Position numbers and translations under genes: made by a program. 64,000 nucleotides of DNA, taken from positions 27,136,001 through 27,200,000 of the forward strand of contig CP086569.2 in NCBI GenBank assembly GCA_009914755.4. Reading direction: 5' to 3'. A model generated the notes under the pieces. That model ran no database searches. It was not told the DNA's origin and was given only the letters and a program-made list of their open reading frames with translations. The stretch comes from the human T2T-CHM13v2.0 reference genome, Homo sapiens. Below, piece by piece: positions 59,035-64,000 of this stretch. Every line of letters starts with the position of its first letter. The stretch's first letter is position 1.

Positions 59035-60563
59035 TTATTCCTAAGGATTTTGTGATTTTTTTCTTTTTATTTTTCTTTTTTTGCTGCTTCTATGAACAGG
59101 ATCCTCTTTCCCATTACATTCTTAAATGTATACTATTATATTCCAAATGATGGTTTGAAAAACTATTTTGTACTGATTCAAATTAAATTTATATAATTTT
59201 TTTCTGAAATTTCATTTACCTTAGAATTATTCTGCTTTTAAACAATGGCTAGTCTATCCCGTAATTATGTGTTAATCCCACAACTAATTTGCATATATTC
59301 TTATTGTGTGACACACGGCAATTCAAAGACTTGCTTTACAGGTAAAGTGACAACACTCCTATCTTTCCCAAATCTGCTATTCAGAATTACACTACGACAT
59401 TAGATTAAACTTCTAGTGCATCTATTACAGAAAACTGCCTTCTACCCAGTAGAATGTGACCTAGAAGATCACAACAGTCAAATCTGAAGGGATAGGCAGA
59501 AACAGATCAAATTGGGAGTTTGTTTTTGAATAGTCTAATGATTGATCTTTTAATAAATCATTAAATAATCCTTTTCTACCTTAAGGGAATCAGGAAAAAA
59601 AAAATCTTGTACCATTGAAACATTAAAATGAAGCCAAGTTTAAGGAGTAGCCAAATAGCTAGCTGACACATTTAAGTTGTCTTTTTGGAGTTACAGCTAT
59701 CTAGTTAACAACCTCAGAGATTAATTCAAATGAACCTGAAATAGCAGTATACCAACAGAGACCTCACTCCTTAGGCTTTTAGGGTGCCAAAGTCTACACT
59801 TAATTAAGACTAAGCCAAGATGATCCCCATATCTTTTTGAGACTAAGTTTCACCTTTCTTGCTCTGAAATTTTAGAACTCAATGAAACCTTCTACATAAC
59901 TGGTAGTAGCCCAGCCTATTTTCTGGAGCACAGTTAGTCTTATTAATATGCCACACTGACATTGTTGACAGAGTATCCCAATTTAAGGCTGAATGGCAAA
60001 AACTCAAAGGCTTACAATAATGTTAATACTTTGTTTTCAAAGGCTATAGTAAAGGCCAAGAGCAAAGTCATTCTTCCAGCTTAATAGCATTGGAAAGACC
60101 ACAGCAAGTACCAGAAGGCTTTCTGACACAAAATCAATAACTGCATGCAAATATGAACATCAATAGTCACATCTTCTTAGTCACTAGACTAAGTTAGGAC
60201 TAGCAATGATCAAAAGCGCTTCTAAAATGTTCTTATCCCCTAACCTCTCCATTCCTCTCTGTAAAAGAATAGGATGTCATGAAAAGTTGTGTAATTCCAT
60301 TCTTTTAATCGCAGTTTGGCAAAGTCCTTAGGCGAAAATATACCTAAATATATTCTCATGAAAATGGCCTTCATGAAGACTAGCATATTACAAAAATCAA
60401 ACAACAGTAGGATAAATATACTACCCACGGGGGAAAAAAAAAACAAAACTCTGTCAAAGTGTTAAATACAATAGTACTTCAGCTCTTTCACTGTTATTTA
60501 GCGCCTTAAATTTGCCAAATGTCAAAGAAAGTCAACAGAACATATTAAATACACAGAAATCCA

Positions 60564-61315
<752 letters not shown>

Positions 61316-62254
61316 TCATCCCTTGCAGTAAACCTTTTGAATAAAATCATTACTAAAAAAGCAAAACAAAACAAAACAAAAAACACAAAAACACAAAAAA
61401 AGAGCCTCTTGGACTAAACATTTAATCCTTAATAATAAGACAAAGGAAAATGTGACAGTTACTCTATGATTGAAATAGATTTAGCTGTGAACCCTTGCAC
61501 AAATCACTTCACGTTCCTGAACCTTAGGTTTTTTGATCTGTAAAAATGATAGGGTTGAGCTCTATAATCACTAGGGTAGCTTCCAGCTGTATTATTCTAT
61601 ACTGATCTCAGCCCCCAAAGAGTCTAGGACAATTTCCAATAGATTTTAATACCCTGAAAAACTTGAGAAACAACTAAAATGAATGTTTTTATTTTACTAA
61701 TGAGTTTATGTCAGTATTTTTATGGTGTTTGCTGGTGCCATTTGAATGAGCTTCTTTTTTCCAGATGTTGAATCTGAAGTTGAATTTAGACATTTCTTTT
61801 TAAAACATCTAGTACAGAACACAACACTTCCTCAACTAAGAAGAAGCCACTGGGAAAAAAGAACTGCTGCATGAAGAAGAAACTATTGAGAGGGATGGTA
61901 AAAGATGTAAACAGTCTAAATAATATACAAACGGAACAGTCTAAGCATAAATTGTTCAGATGTAATTGTCTGAGATGCTAAGGAAGATTTTCTGTAACAG
62001 ATCTGCTCAATCTTTGTCTGATTTTCATAAACCTTATATGAAGTTGATCATGCACAAACCCCAAATATAAACCAATAGGTTACTTGGGCCTTGATATTTT
62101 GCAGCTCATCACCAGGAAATCCACGCAGCAATAATCAAGAACCATTTGCAAATAGAATCGCACTCTTGGCATTTTTTGAGAATAATCAATTAAAGAATTA
62201 TTACCAGTTTTAATCTGAGAAATTAGTGATATAAAAATATGACAACAGCAATTG

Positions 62255-62440
62255 TAAGTGGAAATGTAGAGCTTTCCTACACAGTTGGAGGAAGTGTACA
62301 CTGGCATAGCCAGTCACTTTGAACATCACTTACCCAGTGAAGATGCACAAATGTTTAATCTTTCACATAAACCCTAGGAAAATTCTAACACATTTACACA
62401 TGAAACCATGTACAAGAATGCTCATAGTAGCACTATAAAT
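62255..62440 (+). mobile_element. Old L1 3' region fragment (sense)
   Basis: GGAAATGTAGAGCTTTCCTACACAGTTGGAGGAAGTGTACACTGGCATAGCCAGTCACTTTGAACATCACTTACCCAGTGAAGATGCACAAATGTTTAATC..ACAAGAATGCTCATAGTAGCACTATA resembles the L1PB/L1MA segment GGAATGTAAAATGGTACAGCCACTTTGGAAAACAGTTTGGCAGTTCC.. Confidence 0.6.
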
Positions 62441-63240
62441 TTTTAGTTGTCTCTTATAACATCTTCATTGAGATGTAATCAACATACCATAAAATTCACC
62501 TTCTGAAAGTGTACAATTCAATGGTTTTTAATACATTCATAGAATTGTGCAATCATCATCCTATGCAATTTCAGGACATTTTCATCTCTCCAAAGAGAAA
62601 GACTGTTCCATTAGCAATCACTTTCCACTCACCCCTTCCCCCAAGCCCTTAGCAACCATTAATTTACTTTCTATTTCTGTGGATTTGTCTTTTCTAGACA
62701 GTTCATATAAGTGAAATCATATAATATGCAGCCTATTGTGTCTGACTTCTTTCACTTAGCACAATGTTTTCATGGTCTATCCCAGTTGTAGCATATATCA
62801 GTACTTCAATTCCTTTTTATGGCTGAATAATATTTCATTTTATAGCTATACCACATTTTGCATATTCGTTCATCAGTTGATGGACATTTGGGCTGTTTCC
62901 ACCTTTTGGTTATTGTGAATAGTGCTGCCATGAACAATGATGTACAAGTTCTTATGTGGGCATATGTTTTCAATTATTTTGGATATATACCTGGGAGCAG
63001 AACTGATGGGTCAAATGTTAATTCTTATGCTTAACATTTTGAAGAACTGCTAGACTGTGTACCAAAGCGGTTGTACCATTTTACAATTCCATCAGCAATG
63101 TATGAGGCTCCAATTTTTTCATGCCCTCACCAATATTTGTTATTGTCCATCTTTTTATTAAAGCCATCCTAGTGGGTGTGAAGTAATATCACTTTGTGGT
63201 TTGGATTTTTATTGCAATATTATGTATTAAAAGCAAACAG
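62441..63240 (-). mobile_element. Old L1 3' end (antisense). Its poly-A end abuts the sense fragment above.
   Basis: The reverse complement reads ..GGAATTGTAAAATGGTACAACCGCTTTGGTACACAGTCTAGCAGTTCTTCAAAATGTTAAGCATAAGAATTAACATTTGACCC..AACTGATGAACGAATATGCAAAATGTGGTATAGCTATAAAATGAAATATTATTCAGCCATAAAAAGGAATTGAAGTACTGATATATGCTACAACTGGGATAGACCATGAAAACATTGTGCTAAGTGAAAGAAGTCAGACACAATAGGCTGCATATTATATGATTTCACTTATATGAACTGTCTAGAAAAGACAAATCCACAGAAATAGAAAGTAAATTAATGGTTGCTAAGGGCTTGGGGGAAGGGGTGAGTGGAAAGTGATTGCTAATGGAACAGTCTTTCTCTTTGGAGAGATGAAAATGTCCTGAAATTGCATAGGATGATGATTGCACAATTCTATGAATGTATTAAAAACCATTGAATTGTACACTTTCAGAAGGTGAATTTTATGGTATGTTGATTACATCTCAATGAAGATGTTATAAGAGACAACTAAAAA. Confidence 0.8.
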
Positions 63241-63437
63241 AAGAAAAGCAAACAAGCAACAACATCCTAGAAACAACTTACATGTCCATCAATAAGAAAA
63301 GAAATAGATTTTGGTATAATCATACACTGGGCTACCACATGACAATGTAAAAAATAAATTATTGTTACATGTATCAATGTGAAGATAAATGAATAGGTGC
63401 TGTGTATTACAAAAGAGATACATCTTAACAAATATAA

Positions 63438-63751
<314 letters not shown>

Positions 63752-64000
63752 ATATGGGAAATTTTAAAAAGCACATAGCAAAAGGATACATAGAATATGA
63801 TGTCATTTATAGGCCATAAAAATGTAAGACAATATTACAAAAGATTTAGGGATACATTCCTATGAGGTAAAGAATATGAAGATATATTCAACAGTATTGC
63901 TAATGGTCTATTTCTTAAGCTGATTTTCATAAACCTTATATGAAGTTGGTCAGCTGGGCAGAGTTAAACAGTATCTCATAAGACTTCTTAGTTTAATAAG

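Overview
This window reads as primate, most likely human, genomic DNA, and I found no prokaryotic or novel 'system' in it. It is a repeat-dense intronic region of PPP1R12B (MYPT2, myosin phosphatase targeting subunit 2), which is transcribed on the minus strand. Eight coding exons sit on the minus strand at 30189-30319, 24362-24480, 14737-14896, 13275/13279-13423, 11548-11621, 9627-9706, 8831-8970 and 4851-5033. I recognised them by their ankyrin-repeat and acidic-region peptides (MVKFLVE.., YFINHGAS..EVPSDLAEEPAMKDLLLEQVKKQ, MLQDAHQWLNSGKIEDV..ALHVAAAKGYSEVLR, LLIQAGYELNVQDYDGWTPLHAAAHWGVKEA.., GQTPFDVADEGLVEHLEMLQKKQNV, ..DLNSKIQSGFFKN, KEKMLYEEETPKSQEMEEENKESSSSSSEEEEGEDEASESETEK, TPHKSQADSTAEKTADNVSSSTP..EAREKRR). 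All have canonical AG/GT boundaries and mutually consistent phases. Everything upstream of 30319 is intron 1. Central exons expected between about 5.0 and 8.8 kb could not be resolved by eye. About half of the window is interspersed repeats: roughly 45 Alu copies or fragments, several older L1 fragments, four MIRs and microsatellites. There is also a full-length but coding-dead L1PA element (15634-21957, with a target-site duplication) that itself carries a very young AluYb8 insertion, and a U6 snRNA retropseudogene inside an old L1 fragment. The most notable points are an in-frame TAA inside an otherwise conserved PPP1R12B exon, a 1-nt phase ambiguity at the exon 5/6 junction, and a tandemly triplicated Alu unit. 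I also flag a templated 155-bp insertion splitting an Alu, and the L1 antisense promoter lying just upstream of downstream PPP1R12B exons in the gene's sense orientation. Every protein comparison is from memory of the MYPT family sequences; no database was consulted.
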